Positions 1 through 14,349 of a DNA stretch of 64,000 nucleotides are shown here, one piece after another. The notes below the pieces were generated by a model. It was not told the origin of the DNA. It saw nothing but the letters and a program-made list of their open reading frames with translations, and searched no databases. The stretch spans positions 6,229,985 to 6,293,984 of the forward strand of contig CAJINV010000003.1 in assembly GCA_905178155.1 (NCBI GenBank). The letters are read 5' to 3'. Position 1 is the first letter of the stretch. Every line of letters begins with the position of its first letter. The position numbers were made by a program, and so were the translations under genes. Origin of the DNA: Amoebophrya sp. A120 (taxonomy: Eukaryota; Protista; Dinoflagellata).

Positions 1-391
1 CAACCAGCATCAAAAGATCGCACACAGGCTAACACCATCGCAAGTTCTTCGAGAATGCGTCACTACTTGCCAGCACATGGACAAACCAAAATAATAGACT
101 TCCATTTCGTATTCATTGCCTTTGTCGAAAAAGCAGGACTTCTGCCGCCATTATGAACTTTTTCATCTGTGCAGGTACTTCTGGGCGCGTGATCCTTTTC
201 CGTGCGCTTGCTTTCGGATTGCCGAAGATCTTGGGAAAATCCTTTGACTCTGCTTTTTCACGACTACGGAGCACTGATCTTCGCATCTAGAATTTCTTTT
301 GCAGCTGGCTGGTCACATGCCCTTCACGCAAAACTCTTTGCTCACAAAAAACTCATGAGACCAAGACCACACGTCATAAGAACGGGAGAAA

Positions 392-1401
392 GAATTCACT
401 GTACAACAGCTGGATGAAACCGACACAGGAAGCGGATAAAGCCATGCATCTCTTACCCGATAAAGTGCGCGAATCTTCTGACCGAGATTCGACTCGACAA
501 AACTAGGCGAAGACCCAAGTTGGGTCGCTTTGTGTCTCAAAGTTGTAGCCGCGCACTGAATTTACTAGGCTAAGAATATTGGCTGAGTGCTATACTCAGC
601 GCAGTCCTGGCGGTCAAGACTAACAAGGCGAAGGCGTTTGGTGTTTTTGAATCTAGGCAAGCCAAGGTATGCACGCAGCATATATCGCTCCCTATTCTTA
701 GGCTTGTAAATTCCGCGATGTTTGTGTTGCTACTTTTGCCTTTTCCTTGCCACACTCGTAGCAACGGATGTCAGCGACAGACGTTGCTCGAGTGGGCTTT
801 TGCCCTTTGCAGCGCGTTGCGCTATGCTGGCTCTCCAGGTGCGGACTAGCCACACAGGGAGGCGACTACAGCCACGAGCTGGGGGAGCTCATACATTCCC
901 TACTCTTATGCAGGGATAGGTGGGGATTGGCTAGTAGTTCTTACCCGTTCCCAATAGGGGAACTCCTTGGGCTCATAACTCTGTGGACGTGTCAAGCGTC
1001 AGGGACGAGGCATGCTCACTAGCATGCTGTCCTAAGATAGAGAACAGAGTCACTATCTAAGCAACCTAGTATGTAGGTGCTACTGCAGAGTTAAGGGCTA
1101 TTGATTCATCAGGCTACTGGCACTACGACCAGGAGCCATCTTGGCACTGTGTACATTGTTCACGTCATTCCATTGGTGTCGTTATCATCAGCATCCTAGT
1201 GGTGCCCTGTGTGTGATCCTCATGATCCTACTGGTGTGGCCCCTGTATTTACATCCTACACCTATGGGTGTGCTTTGACCTATTCATGGATCTCATTGAT
1301 CTAGGGAGCATGCTAGCAACTGCTCTAGTCCGAGACAGGTTGCTGCGCAATAAGTCAGGAATTCACTGTACAACAGCTGGATGAAACCGGCACAGGAAGC
1401 G
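392..1401. repeat. 43-bp direct repeat pair (392-434 and 1359-1401)
   Basis: GAATTCACTGTACAACAGCTGGATGAAACCG(A/G)CACAGGAAGCG occurs twice with one mismatch, 967 bp apart. Confidence 0.9.
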
Positions 1402-1408
1402 CTGCGGG

Positions 1409-1687
1409 TATCCTGAGTAAAAACGTCCCCACACCAGAGCTGTAATGCAGATTTGCAAAGACAGGAAGACTTGTAATGCGCATCCCCATGAGAGCCATTT
1501 CTAAGCGTGTTTTGGAATTTGTGATGCTGTAAACAGGATGAGCAGAAGAATCTGTGATGCGGCTGCACTTGCTAACCTGCACTACACTGCGGAGTGCAAC
1601 TTGTCATGCGTGACTCACAAAACCCCTAGGTTTGTGTTGCAAAATCCCCATCCTGACTTTGGTGTGGGGATGTTTTTACACAGGATA
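1409..1687. mobile_element. TAT-ended TIR element, TATCCTG family, TSD GCGGG
   Basis: Left TATCCTGAGTAAAAACGTCCCCACACCA pairs with right TGGTGTGGGGATGTTTTTACACAGGATA. GCGGG flanks both sides (1404-1408, 1688-1692). Interior resembles 39919-40292. Host frame unresolved. Confidence 0.9.
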
Positions 1688-1866
1688 GCGGGGCCATTTG
1701 ACCTTGAAAACTACTGCAGCTAGTACCGCTGCGATGACATCATATCTCCGCTACAGCACTTACTCTGCTCTCTCCAACCAATGATCAGAGAGCATCTTCT
1801 ACTCAATTGCTTCACCGCAAGGAAGAGCTGCTGCAGTTTAAGGATACTGCTCTTATAGCATGATTT

Positions 1867-3940
<2,074 letters not shown>

Positions 3941-4609
3941 ACTTTGGGTATACTATAACTATTTGAGCAGTTTAACTGGAGGCAAATAATAAATTCGACA
4001 AACCTTATCTGAGTCGTGACTTTTTAATTCAATTCTGTCCATATGCATATTCTTCGTGTGCATCGAAGAAGAAAGAAATCATGTTTGGGTCGACGTCAAT
4101 CTCAACCGTATCTAGTAAGCCTCTGCTCTGCTTTTTCTTCTTCCAGACAGCGGGATCCAGATCTGACGCGTTCAGTCAAAGAACTGTCCTGCTCCTGTTG
4201 CGTCAGAACACACTTGGTGGAGAGTGCTTCAAGTTTGGAGGACAACAACGCTCTGACTCTGGGCTCGATCGGCAACACCTCCACAAGCCACGCTGATTCA
4301 CTCGAGTATCAAGAAGGGCTAGTACACTGCACCAGTGGCCTACAGATGAAGTCCATAATTTGCATGTGGAACACATTTGCATCAATCATGGGGGTGCCTG
4401 GAAGCCGAGGCCCAGACCGACCAGTCCGAACTCAGATCTTGTGCGGAAAAAAAGCATGACGCCCGCGCGAAAGAGGCGGACCCCTAGAAGTGGCGACCGA
4501 CTGCAAAACCAGCCTAAACCAGAAGCTCATTTTCTTTGCACGACCGCCAAGTTGATTTATTACCCACACCGCCTCACTTACGCGGTTGCAATGAGCGTAG
4601 GTTTCTTTA

Positions 4610-6484
4610 TCATGCCCCCGCAATTGCCGCATCCATGCCTGGAAGATTAGTTTGGGCTCCGACGGGTGATCCAGAGCTCTTGCTACCCTGCAGCACGTGT
4701 GGCGGAGAAACTTTTTCCGGCTCGCCAGGGCGAGGTCGCTCTTTCTCGGATGCAGCAAGATGCTTCTGTATCTTTTCCTCTTGTCGCTCCTCCGCACTTT
4801 TTGGTTTCCAAATTGGGTCAGAAAAGGTCGGGGACTCCTTGTTCCACTCCACCCTATGTGCGTCCCACATGCGTCTATTCCACGAACTCCCGCGTCCGCC
4901 GCCTCGTTGTAAGTAGTGACTCAGCCGCCACTTCAGCTTCCGGTGCTTTTTCGGGTCGTCAAGGGTTTCCAGATTATCGAGCCTGATGTTGTGCCATGCG
5001 TAAGTTTGCTTCATTTCCATTTGCACTTCGCATATGCATCCACGTTTACTTTCCATGTATCTGTAAAAAACAAAATCATACATAGATTAAGCCAAGGCAG
5101 GGCAGGTAGAGGTACAGAAGCTTGCCTTCTCCGGCAAGAATCTCAAACGAGAGAAAACCTGAATTCCATGTGACACGTATCGAAAGGAAAAATCCCCCCT
5201 CCCCATATTGAAAAAGTATGTTTCCAAAAATTTGTGTTGCGGGTTTGAGGTCACAGATCACAACTGTCTTGCAAGAAGACAAGGGCAGAAGCTTCCGCCC
5301 CATTATGGACGCGATTTGTCATGCTGTTGGGCCTAAAGGGGGGCCGTTTGCCATGCTGAACTACTAGACCCATACGCCCCTACCTAGCCTGGGGATCTGG
5401 CCGCAGTGCCTCTCTGCAGTACAAAGCTGATCTCATCTGTGGCCACAAATCAGCATCACAAATTTCCGTTTTGATATGGGGAGGGGGGTGGATTTTTCAT
5501 TTTGATAACACGCGTCCCGTTGAGCCTTTTCCTTCAGCGCGGGCGTTGGGTCGTGCTCAATGGCATATTGCAGATACTCGTGCTTCGTTTGCAGCTCCCC
5601 CGTGTACTGCTTTTTATCGTCCGCTCCGAGTGATTGAAAATGATTACCCTCCCACTTCAGGATTCGTTCAAGCATACGCATGTCGCGCCGTCTGGTGCAC
5701 CGGTTAAAATCGAGTACAAATCTCGAATGCCGGGCAAGCCTTGCTGCGATCGTGTCAATACACGCTCAGTGCCTTCAAGCAGAAAAACTTCGACCGAGAG
5801 TGGACGTACTGTAATGCTCATAAATGCAAAACGGCCGCATGATGGCTCTACCGCTGGCATTCGGTCTCATCTGCGTACTCAAATGCCGTGAAAAACTCCT
5901 TGCAAACATACATGCGCGCGAACGGCTCCTTCCGCGTCTCTCTTGCCGTTTCGACGACCATACACCTGGAAGCAAACACGAGAGAACATTTTCATGGAAA
6001 GATGTCGACAAACCTTCCGTCCTTCGTGCTTCATCACGCCGCGCGACGAGCAATCCGGAGTAGAATTCCAAAGAGCAACAGTTCCAATGCAAGCATCAAT
6101 ACGATTAAAAATATCCCAAAACCTGTCTAGCACGTCGTATGGGAGCTTGCAGCGCGGAACGTTTTTGTCATCGAGAATGTGTGAGGGCGGCATATGATCT
6201 GGCAGCGTGGGAAACTCCATTATCGTCTTGTACGCATGCATCCTGTCCCACGTGAAACCGTAGCGGAGCTCGACTTCGCGCAAAATGCTGTGTTCGGTCT
6301 TCCCGAAACTCGAGGGCATAAATTCCTCCAAAAACGTCTTTTGCTTTCGGGGCTGGCCAGCCTCTCCGATGTTGACATACTCGCCCATTTTTCCCGATGT
6401 TGATCTTCTTGAACGATCGGCAGAAACAAGCAGGACCAACAAAAGTGCGAAGCCAGCAGCACACTTGCACAAAACACGGCCCAA
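4610..6484 (-). CDS. Hypothetical protein, possible signal peptide, multi-exon
   Basis: ORFs 5879-6484, 5433-5681 and 4610-5083 join through GT-AG introns (e.g. 5061-5159) and TIR element 5178-5507 (QRDAC-HMEFR-YMESKRGCICEVQ). No family recognised; ends uncertain. Confidence 0.55.
5178..5507. mobile_element. TAT-ended TIR introner, GGAAAAATCC family, TSD ACACG
   Basis: TATCGAAAGGAAAAATCCCCCCTCCCCATAT ... ATATGGGGAGGGGGGTGGATTTTTCATTTTGATA with ACACG on both sides. Related to 47405-47529. Confidence 0.92.
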
Positions 6485-7132
6485 AAGTAGAAGAACGGAG
6501 TGTTGATCAAGGTACCTATTTACTTCTCTTAGAGAGGTCGTGTGCGTGTCTCCGAGAGATATACTTACATGATCTATGTCCCGGAATCTTACACGATCCT
6601 AAAGCGTAGAAGGTGAATCTCGCTCACAGAGAAACCAAGCTATGTATTCTATTGCAAGTGCACTCCTGTACCCGGTCGACCCTTTGGTGCTACCATCTCA
6701 AGCCACATCAAACACTCGAATTACTCAATCCTGGCGCTAGTACTGCTAACAAAGAAAAAACTTGCTGGACCTCTCTCGCACAGACGCTATCGCCTTACCG
6801 GCCAAGTGCCCGAAAGTGAGGACCTGGAGCGTGAAACAACCTGCTGGTCATCTTTCGCTGAACCTACTGGTCGTCGTCGTTCGTTGAAATCTGAATAAGG
6901 CAAATAACTTTGTCTGGCCGAAATCGAAGTGTGATTGGCAGCCAAAGAGAAATAAAAGAGACACTGCGATCATTTTGCAGTGGCTGCGGGAGTTCGCGAG
7001 TATGACGACATCGCCCCCGCTTTTTCTCTATCACGGACGCACAGCTTGCTTCCCGGTGGTGATCGCAGTACTGCTCAACCATCACGTTGTTCACCCCATC
7101 GCGGTGCAGGCTCGCAGTACCACACCTGGTCT

Positions 7133-9468
7133 TCACAGCTCCTCTGGCGGAGCCTTCCCGTGTTCGGGGATGGCGTAAAACAGAGAGCCCCACAGCCCGT
7201 AGCCGTGCCTCTTCGTAAAGGGGACGCCATTGTTGAACAATTTGCGACAAGCCTTACCAAAATCACGGTAGAATCGGTCCTCACTGTGGTGGTACACGTC
7301 TACCCATTTTTTGAACTCCGGGTCGATAATCAGCGCAATGTCGGAGGGCAACATCATTAGCTCCCCCGTACTGTCTTCGTACTGCTCCGGCCCGTTCCAC
7401 TTCTTCAAGCTCCATTTCTCCTCTTTCTGTTTTTATAGTCAATATCAAGTTGAGTCTGTCGTTTGACTTTGATACTAGCAAATGTATAACTTGTTCCACT
7501 GGAATTTCATTTGCAGCTGCACAACGAAAATTTATAACACTCAGCTCGGATCTGGTAGAGAAGGAAAGTAGTCACTCTCTGTCACCCTCACTGCAGCTCC
7601 TGGAAATAAAAAAACAAACAGTATATAGGCCAGTACCAGTAAACGAAAGTATTCGTTCGTCAGCGCCGTCGGGCTGAAGGACCACGGCCCCTTGTAACCG
7701 CTGTTTTGTGGATGGCACCGGCCCAAACCATGCGCACCCGATAGAGCGACGATTTCTGGTCATGTGTTTATGATCTACTTCCGGCATACATACACACCTT
7801 CATGTAGTTCCCAGCGACGACTTGAATGTCAAATAAACCCCGAGTATAACAATTCTCAGATGACTTAACATCAACTCTGAAAAATTTTCTTATTCTTAGT
7901 ACAACACGAAACAAAAACTACAACGTACAAGATAAAACAAACTCGCTACCCTGGTCGGAGAATCCCTGACGGTGGAAAATGGTTCGCAGGTGGGTAGCTG
8001 TCGCTACCATGTTGCCCTTGTCCGCGTCTGGGAGTCGTCCGTCCGGAGCGGTTTTGGTCTGCCAAACGAGCTTTTTTCCGTCCTCCGGCCGGTCTTGTCG
8101 ACCCTCGCGAAACCCGATCTTCAGCTTGTTGCCGCTCATTTCCTCCAGCGCCACCGTCCCGGCGAAAATCCACATGTCCGACACCGAACAGTTAGGGTAC
8201 TTCTCAACTATATCAAATGTAAAAATGTCTGGGTCTGGAAGAATTCATGTTTGTCATGCTTGTCTGGCATGACCCTTAAATCTGTCATGCACGTTACCCA
8301 AGAGCTCCGTTTTTCTGTGATGCAGAGCCGTAGTTTGTCATGCAGAATAGGCAACACGTAAGAGCTCAGAAACTTGTCATGCTGGGCCAGTATTCGTAGT
8401 CTCATCATGAGACGCCACCCAGCATCACAAGTTTCCAGACCCAGACATTTTTACATTTGATAAACTAGCGGCTGAAGCAATTTGCGCGCGCGGTCCAGAC
8501 CCGCGTTCGCATCCCAGCCCGCTTCTGGGGCAAAGCGCATGCGAGCACCGTCGGACCCTGAATGATGGATCAGGATGCATCAAATTATCACAGGAAATGT
8601 TCGTTGCCTTCTTCGAAGTTCTTTTTCTACGCCAACACGAATCAGTACGCCTCAACCACAGAGAAATCTATGGCAGAGGGGGTACTACAGAGAAATCAAT
8701 GGCGAATCAGTGCGCATCGCAGGCAGAGGAGGTACTACTAATCAGTGGGCATCATCATCACCATCATTTACTTTGTACTTTATTGAGAGCAGCGAGTGTG
8801 GACGTGACATCGCACCAGCTCATGTCAACTACAACGAAGCTTCGAAACAAGTACTCACAAAACTCTTCGAACCTCCTGTTTTCTCATGCCTGTCCCAAGT
8901 GCCGGAAGAATGCCATGCGAGACGAACCAATACCGGCCCTAGTGGCTCTTCAACATACTTCTCGTCGTCTAGCAGCGCTATTATATCCCGCCTGACATTA
9001 TCCCAATTTGTTTTTCCGATATTTCCGGCGACCTGTTTTACATTTTGCAGCTGAGTCTTTGCAAAGTGTGCAATGTCAAAAAATTGTCAGGACTACTACT
9101 GGGAACAACCCAGACGCCGTCGGCGCAACCGTAAAAATTACATCTCGCGAAGATACCTCACACAAAACTCGATTCGACGGTGCACCTCCGAGTAAAGCGT
9201 CTGCACCCGGAGCAGCGGATGGTCCTCGCGTGGTGAACGTATACCGTCGTGTGGAGGAGCAGAAGCTCGCAGATAATACGAGCGCAGAGATATTGTCTCG
9301 CTCCTGGTACAACAGGTAAGCGGCAGTCGCGCCTGAAACGCCAGCAACTAATGTCTTGGCAGAACTCGAACCCGAGGTCGACGATCCAGCACTGCCACCC
9401 TGTCGGCACGGAATCACACGTGCAAGTGGTCGGCTCACAACTCGCATAGACGAGCTTGTCATAGACAT
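7133..9468 (-). CDS. CCP1: Class I haem peroxidase, mitochondrial cytochrome c peroxidase-like
   Basis: Distal motif [16 protein letters not shown] (~8890-8940), [22 protein letters not shown], proximal [29 protein letters not shown]. Ser/Arg-rich N-terminus plus hydrophobic segment. GT-AG introns and TIR element 8211-8462. Confidence 0.9.
8211..8462. mobile_element. TAT-ended TIR introner in CCP, TATCAAATG family, TSD AACTA
   Basis: Perfect 30-bp TIR TATCAAATGTAAAAATGTCTGGGTCTGGAA with AACTA on both sides. Excision gives [18 protein letters not shown]. Confidence 0.95.
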
Positions 9469-10620
9469 TGTCGTACTCGTGTTTCAACACAGAAGCTAAA
9501 AGAAAAAACGTATGAAATTCGATGAGGCCAGAACAACCAGCGTCGTTTTTACGATGCTTTCAGATTCAGTATTTGCTATGCTTTCCAGAGCAATTGTTTG
9601 CTCACATTCAGCCAATCAGCACCGAAACAACTCAGATGGAAATGGAGCTCAGACCGACGCCAACGACAAGACACTGGTATCACAATCAATTGATTTCTAT
9701 TACAGGACGACGACATGACAACCACAACTGTGATCACTTGCATAAGCGCTTTGCATTTGAATTTGTATCGGTCATCAGTCTACTCGGATTACATGAAGGA
9801 AAAAACAATCGACATCACAAAGTTCTCACCTCATTTCATATTTCTCCAACATAAACAAATCGCGTGCCAGGCGACTAAGAAAAAAAGAATATGGAACTGC
9901 AACCGATGAGCGCGCCTAACCATCTCTACTCAATTCGTTTGTTGCAATGGCTGATCCATTTTCCAACTGTTGATCGCTTTTCTTTGCAACGCAGGTGCAC
10001 CGCGAGAGCGGTCAGAACGCCGCTCTTGAACACTGAGTGAAACAAAAACAGTCCAAGCTCCGCAAACGAGTGTGGCGGGGCAATTCCAGGATGAAAATCC
10101 TTGACAACGGAGCAAGCCTCAGCAATAAAACCGCGGACGCGATATTCCCTCCGTGGATGTGGATGCATTTGTGTCCGTGGCCCTTCGGACAAGGTAGTCC
10201 CAGTCGACACACTTTCATAATAATGACCGTGCAACGACAAGATGTTTGGTGGAGCTTTCGTGCGTGCCAGGATGTCACTTCGCGTCTCCTTCCCAGGGTT
10301 CATCGTCAATATCCTTTTAATGCTCATTGCGATAGGTGAAACAGGTCGTCTTGTAGTTCTTGTTTCGGTAGACGTAAAACGCGATTCTTTGAATATTATC
10401 AACAATCTCTCTACTGGAACTTGCTGTTGTACTTGCAGCGGTGCAGCCCGGTGCAAAACGCATGCGCACCTTGTCTGATGCTGAAACAGAAACAGTAACA
10501 CATCGGTAGTCGTGTGTAAAATGGAAACTTTTGTGCTTTTCGATAGTTGTATCTGAAACGTAATCCCTGCGGTTGCATTTGCTTTTCGGTTCCGCGAAAA
10601 GGAGCCCGGGGCTGGTTATA

Positions 10621-11349
10621 TTATAATTTTTTCTTCATCGGTGTCTTCCCGCGGGTTTTGCTGCCAGAGGAGCTGACGTCGTCGTCGCTGTCAGCCTTCG
10701 CAATTCCGTAAATCAGCGACAACAACCCGATGACGACGACGCTCGAGGTGACTACGGTCAGTCCCAGAGTTGAGATCGTCGTCCAAATGTTGCCGGCGCC
10801 CGTGCCTGCCTTGACTAACTCCGGACTATGCAGTACAAATACGTCTGGGCCCGGAAAAATTTATGAATCTTCTGCCATACAGATTCTTCATGACCGACAA
10901 AGCCAGCAGTCCACAGCATAGTTTGAATGAAGGTTCCGTTCCGCTTTCCAGTTTTTACCTGTCTTGTATAACCATGACCCAACTGAGTTCCCGCTCCAAA
11001 AAAATCTGAGCCTTTGCTCCAACGCATGACAAATTTTCATGCGATGCCGCCCTTGGGGACAGACACGAGCGAGTTCAAATGTTTCCAGAACCAGACGTAT
11101 TTGCCACGCATACGGACTGTTCTTGAACAACTCGTTGGGGCAGTCAGTGATGGCAATCACCATGTAGGACAAGAAGTTCGACAACGGGGCGATCTGCAGG
11201 CAAACGAAACACACCTTCTGCATCTTTTCGCTCAAAGCCGTTGCGTACGGAAACGCGAGCGCGCACCCGATCAGCAGCTCCGAAAAGTGCCGCAGCAAGT
11301 GGTACGCAGCCTTCCCCATCCGCTTGTTCGCAAGCTTGTCGATTGCCAA
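10621..11349 (-). CDS. Hypothetical membrane protein (3' exons; 5' exons probably extend towards ~12200)
   Basis: ORF 10888-11349 plus a last exon reading IWTTISTLGLTVVTSSVVVIGLLSLIYGIAK...PMKKKL* (TM helix and C-terminal di-lysine). Confidence 0.4.
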
Positions 11350-12498
11350 CCTTTAGTGAGAATTTAAACTTTTCAAAGTCCTGTTGCTGTGCACATTTGT
11401 TGTCCCTTTGGGCATCGAAAAAATTCTGCCCGTCGCGGTGTGCACTCCCGACGAGGCCAGGGAGATTGTATCAACATGAAGAAATTTAACGAATACACAT
11501 ACGGAGGATGAAGGAGGCAGAAATAAATATAGAGTACCCCTGAAAGCATCCCAATAACGCCCAGGAAAGTGCGGCCACGAGTAGCCACTTGCGGTATTGA
11601 ACGGCCGTCGCCATCGTGCTTTCTTTTCGTTGTTTTTTCAGAAAATCCGAAAACCTACCTCTCAGCGCAACGTCACTAATTGTTCTTTACTTACTTCGAA
11701 TTCTGAGGTTTGAAGTCTGAAGAAAATGAAAATCCGAGTCGCGACAAGCTATAATACCCTCAGCACACTGTTTTTTGATTAGTTGCAGGAACATCGCACT
11801 TTCATGATCATCATGATCATCATCGTCATCTATCATCATCATCATCCGTCGATTTTGAAAGAAGGACATGCACCCGCTGCGTCTAATCCAATCGCGCACG
11901 GTGTATGTCTGGCGCTCGTACCAGTCAAGATGTTCTCGCTTCTCTTCCCTCAAACGACACTCGTATCGTCCGCCTACCGAAAGGGGTGCCCTCTGTTTTC
12001 AGAGTTGTAGAGCCAAAAGATACTACTTAAATGAATATCATTCCCACATGCATGCTCATGTCGAAGCGCCACTCGGTCACTTCTGACCGATACACCGGAC
12101 TCGAAGGATACGACGACTGTTAACTTTCCTTCGGTATGGTGGGAATGAAAGAATCTAGATTCTTTCGTCGCACAGAGTCGTGGCATTTCCAATGTCACCA
12201 AGAGCACCGGTAAAGGTAGGAGCAATCCAACAATGCATACGCGGGCTTAGGCATCAGATGAAAAAAATTAATGTTAATAAAATAAAAAATGTCATTGTGA
12301 CTGGCACGGTCCTCACGACTCAAGTACCTTTTCATGTGCTTATCTTACAGAAGAGAAAGAGAATAGATGGGAGCAATTAGGCATTTTGTTTGGAACTGCG
12401 AGTGCGAGAGTACGATAGAAAATTGTCGTCGACGCAAGAATGCAAAAACAACTATGCACCCACGTTTATGTCTCAATGTAAATAATTTCTACTCAGTG

Positions 12499-13828
12499 TC
12501 AGTACAGCGGAATGTCCATGTACAGACTCGTGTCGTTCTTGGAACTTTGATCATTAAGCAGCCCCCTCGGCGAAGTTCCGGTAATGTCGGCGCGACTACC
12601 GGATACGAGTTCGCAGACACGGTTCCCCGGATCGCCCGCTCGGTGGTCGAAAACCCATCCTGGCGTGCTCGGGTCATCGATTTTCAGGTAGACGACGTCG
12701 TCAAGCGGCAGCCGCTCACTGACCGTGAACAGTGCACCCTCCCGCAAAATGCTCGCTGCACCGCCCGGCGGCGCCAGAGCCTTCTCCATGGTCGGGCGGA
12801 CGCGCCGACACACACCCTGCGGGAAAACTACGCGGTACTGCCACGAACCCCTTTCGATCCGTACCTCTTTCAGGTCCTTCTCGGCCACCCATTTCTCCCC
12901 GCCGACGCGAACCCACCTGTTCATTCTTGTTATCCATTGCATGATACATCCAGCATTGCATACTTACGCAGAGTAGAATCAGCATCAGAGATCACTAGGA
13001 AACCCGAGTGAATGCCCCGAACATAAACTTTAGTCAACTAAAACCCATAATTTCTGCAGTACGTGCTGCCGTCTTTTGCTTCTTTGCGGCATCCCGCGAC
13101 GAGCAATGTTCCTTCCGCCAGCACAGTTTTTGCCCGTGGCCGGAAAGAATGCTTTGTCTTCTCTTTCACTGCCGTCGGGGAAACCACCACATACTCCCAA
13201 TGTCCCGGGATTTCGTCTTCGAAAGAACTGTACTTTCCGGCACCCGCAAGCGCTGATGGCAACACGGAGTGCATACTTTCCAGTGCCGCTTCTGTTGTTA
13301 TATTAAGTTCTCCCTTCGTCAAATTTCTCGCACTAGTCTATCTTCAACCACGTGAGATATCAGGCACACTATGACTTGACAGTCACGGGCTTTGTGTACA
13401 TGTAGGATGCAATACCGCCAGTTTGGCATCACTTCTCTCATCCACTTTTCACACTCGATGCGCAATGCGTCGCTTCTCCCTCAGCATTCAACGACGTTTT
13501 GGCTTGTTTCCTCCTCTCTGGTGCGATCGTCCTCACATATTTTGTTTTCGGTTTGCTGCTGCACAAGCACAAAGCCTGTTGCTTTGTATTCTCAGGCATT
13601 CATGAAGCGGTTTTGCAATGAAACTCTCACATACGCTTCTACAGTCACAACATTTCCTCTCGGTGCAACACGCACGAACCAGCACCAGTTGCGATCCCCA
13701 CCTTCGGGCGGACAGCAACACATCGAAAAACACGACGAGCAGAGAAATCGACCCAGCACTTCCCCAAGCATATGTATATTATCGCTGCGAAGCAGCTGGA
13801 AATCGAAAAAGTATTTAGAAAAAACCAA
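12499..13828 (-). CDS. Hypothetical protein, multi-exon
   Basis: Protein-like ORFs 12499-12942 and 13038-13322 separated by AT-richer spacers. No family recognised; 5' end uncertain. Confidence 0.4.
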
Positions 13829-14349
13829 AAAGGAAAATTTGAAGGCACTTTAGTCCTCCACTTACATCCCACAATCTGTCCACTTATTTAAAACCTGTAA
13901 ACAAGAAAAGCTCAAACTAAATTTCGTTCAAAATTGACACACCTCCCTGCATATAAAATCAGTAGAAGAAGAAATAAAACGGTAAAATTGTCTAAAAACA
14001 ATTGATACGAAGAAAGTACATCGAAGTAGTAATGTCGAACTTGCGTAGGTCTGAAATATCATTCATAAATTTTAATAAACCCCAACAACGAACTATCCCT
14101 CTAGATCCAAAACGATAACCACGTGGTTGTGATTTAGAGTTCTATTTGCAATCGGGATGGCTACCGGATTTTCTTTAGAGTCGCAGATGCTCGAAGCGTG
14201 CCATTCACCAAAAACCGGAACGCATCCTTGTAGAGCAGCCGCGAGGGTCACCAACACGATCCGGTTTCATCCTTGCGAGTGATCATGAGAACGTCGCCTT
14301 CGCCAGAGATCACGATTGCATGATGAACCCCTTGATGATGTTTACGCGC

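Noticed and set aside
4900-5700. RelA/SpoT-like similarity from ICEVQ
   Set aside because: One short motif without the other synthetase motifs.
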